DNA from: an uncultured Acidimicrobiia bacterium
GTDB taxonomy: Bacteria; Acidobacteriota; Terriglobia; Versatilivoradales; Versatilivoraceae
Assembly: GCA_963786955.1 (NCBI GenBank)
Contig: CAWBAT010000005.1
Coordinates: 1,164,127 to 1,228,126 of the forward strand
Direction: 5' to 3'
DNA: 64,000 nt
This document shows, piece after piece, positions 63,929 to 64,000 of this stretch; the stretch's first letter is position 1, and each line of letters opens with the position of its first letter. The notes under the pieces are model-generated. The model saw only the letters and a list, made by a program, of their open reading frames with translations, did not search any database and was not told where the DNA came from. Made by a program: the position numbers and the translations under genes.

Positions 63929-64000
63929 TTTTCTTGCTCTTCTTACCCACCCATTCTGCGGATGTATTCAAAGGAAGGAGTGGGTTTTTTCGTTTATGGA

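Noticed and set aside
1-64000. Search for tRNA/rRNA genes and CRISPR arrays
   Set aside because: No T-loop GGTTCGAATCC-like motifs with cloverleaf context. No rRNA-like conserved stretches. No regularly spaced 25-40-bp repeats were seen. In particular the island at 5.5-8.3 kb is not flanked by a tRNA.

Overview
This 64 kb window most likely comes from a Gram-negative soil or sediment bacterium. Acidobacteria-like is a guess based on the gene order, not a database hit. GC is about 55% with no rRNA, tRNA or CRISPR detected.

The first ~37 kb is well-conserved, intact coding sequence:
- pgsA, a PDZ radical-SAM protein (DUF512) and a DUF62 SAM-hydrolase-family protein.
- A secreted DUF1028-TPR protein and a GMC oxidoreductase.
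- A small low-GC island (5.5-8.3 kb) carrying a DUF4258 toxin-like gene, a cysteine-less MqsA/YgiT-type zinc-ribbon partner, an HExxH peptidase-like protein and a T5orf172/GIY-YIG-like nuclease.
- hemH.
- A complete alternative complex III (actABCDEF) fused in order to SCO1 and a caa3-type cytochrome c oxidase (coxBACD).
- A TIGR04255 protein.
- A reverse-strand nucleotide-sugar cluster (GT2, two SDR epimerase/dehydratases, DegT aminotransferase, WecB, and a WbpB-WbpD-like dehydrogenase/acetyltransferase fusion).
- A redoxin, a small secreted Cys-rich protein, a TPR protein and a YHS protein.
- gdhA and pyrR-pyrB-pyrC.

From about 37 kb to the end the character changes abruptly: more than 15 conserved housekeeping genes are split across two to six reading frames. 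These are glnE, pgeF, mtaB, a parvulin PPIase, ubiE, rarA, a TrmH methyltransferase, tsaC, an Opp/Dpp-type binding protein, anmK, mutS, tsaB, a bacilliredoxin, hpt and a small secreted protein. Many of the shifts sit at homopolymer runs. Interspersed genes remain intact: acpS, DUF218, rimI, clpS, a TAT Gfo/Idh/MocA oxidoreductase, tatA, a GAF-GAF-PP2C phosphatase, rpiB-like and accD.

The most distinctive items are the ACIII-caa3 supercluster, the toxin/degenerate-Zn-ribbon/peptidase/nuclease island, the WbpB-WbpD fusion, and the sharp positional asymmetry in frameshift density. That asymmetry could reflect uneven sequence quality or a mutS-defective lineage.
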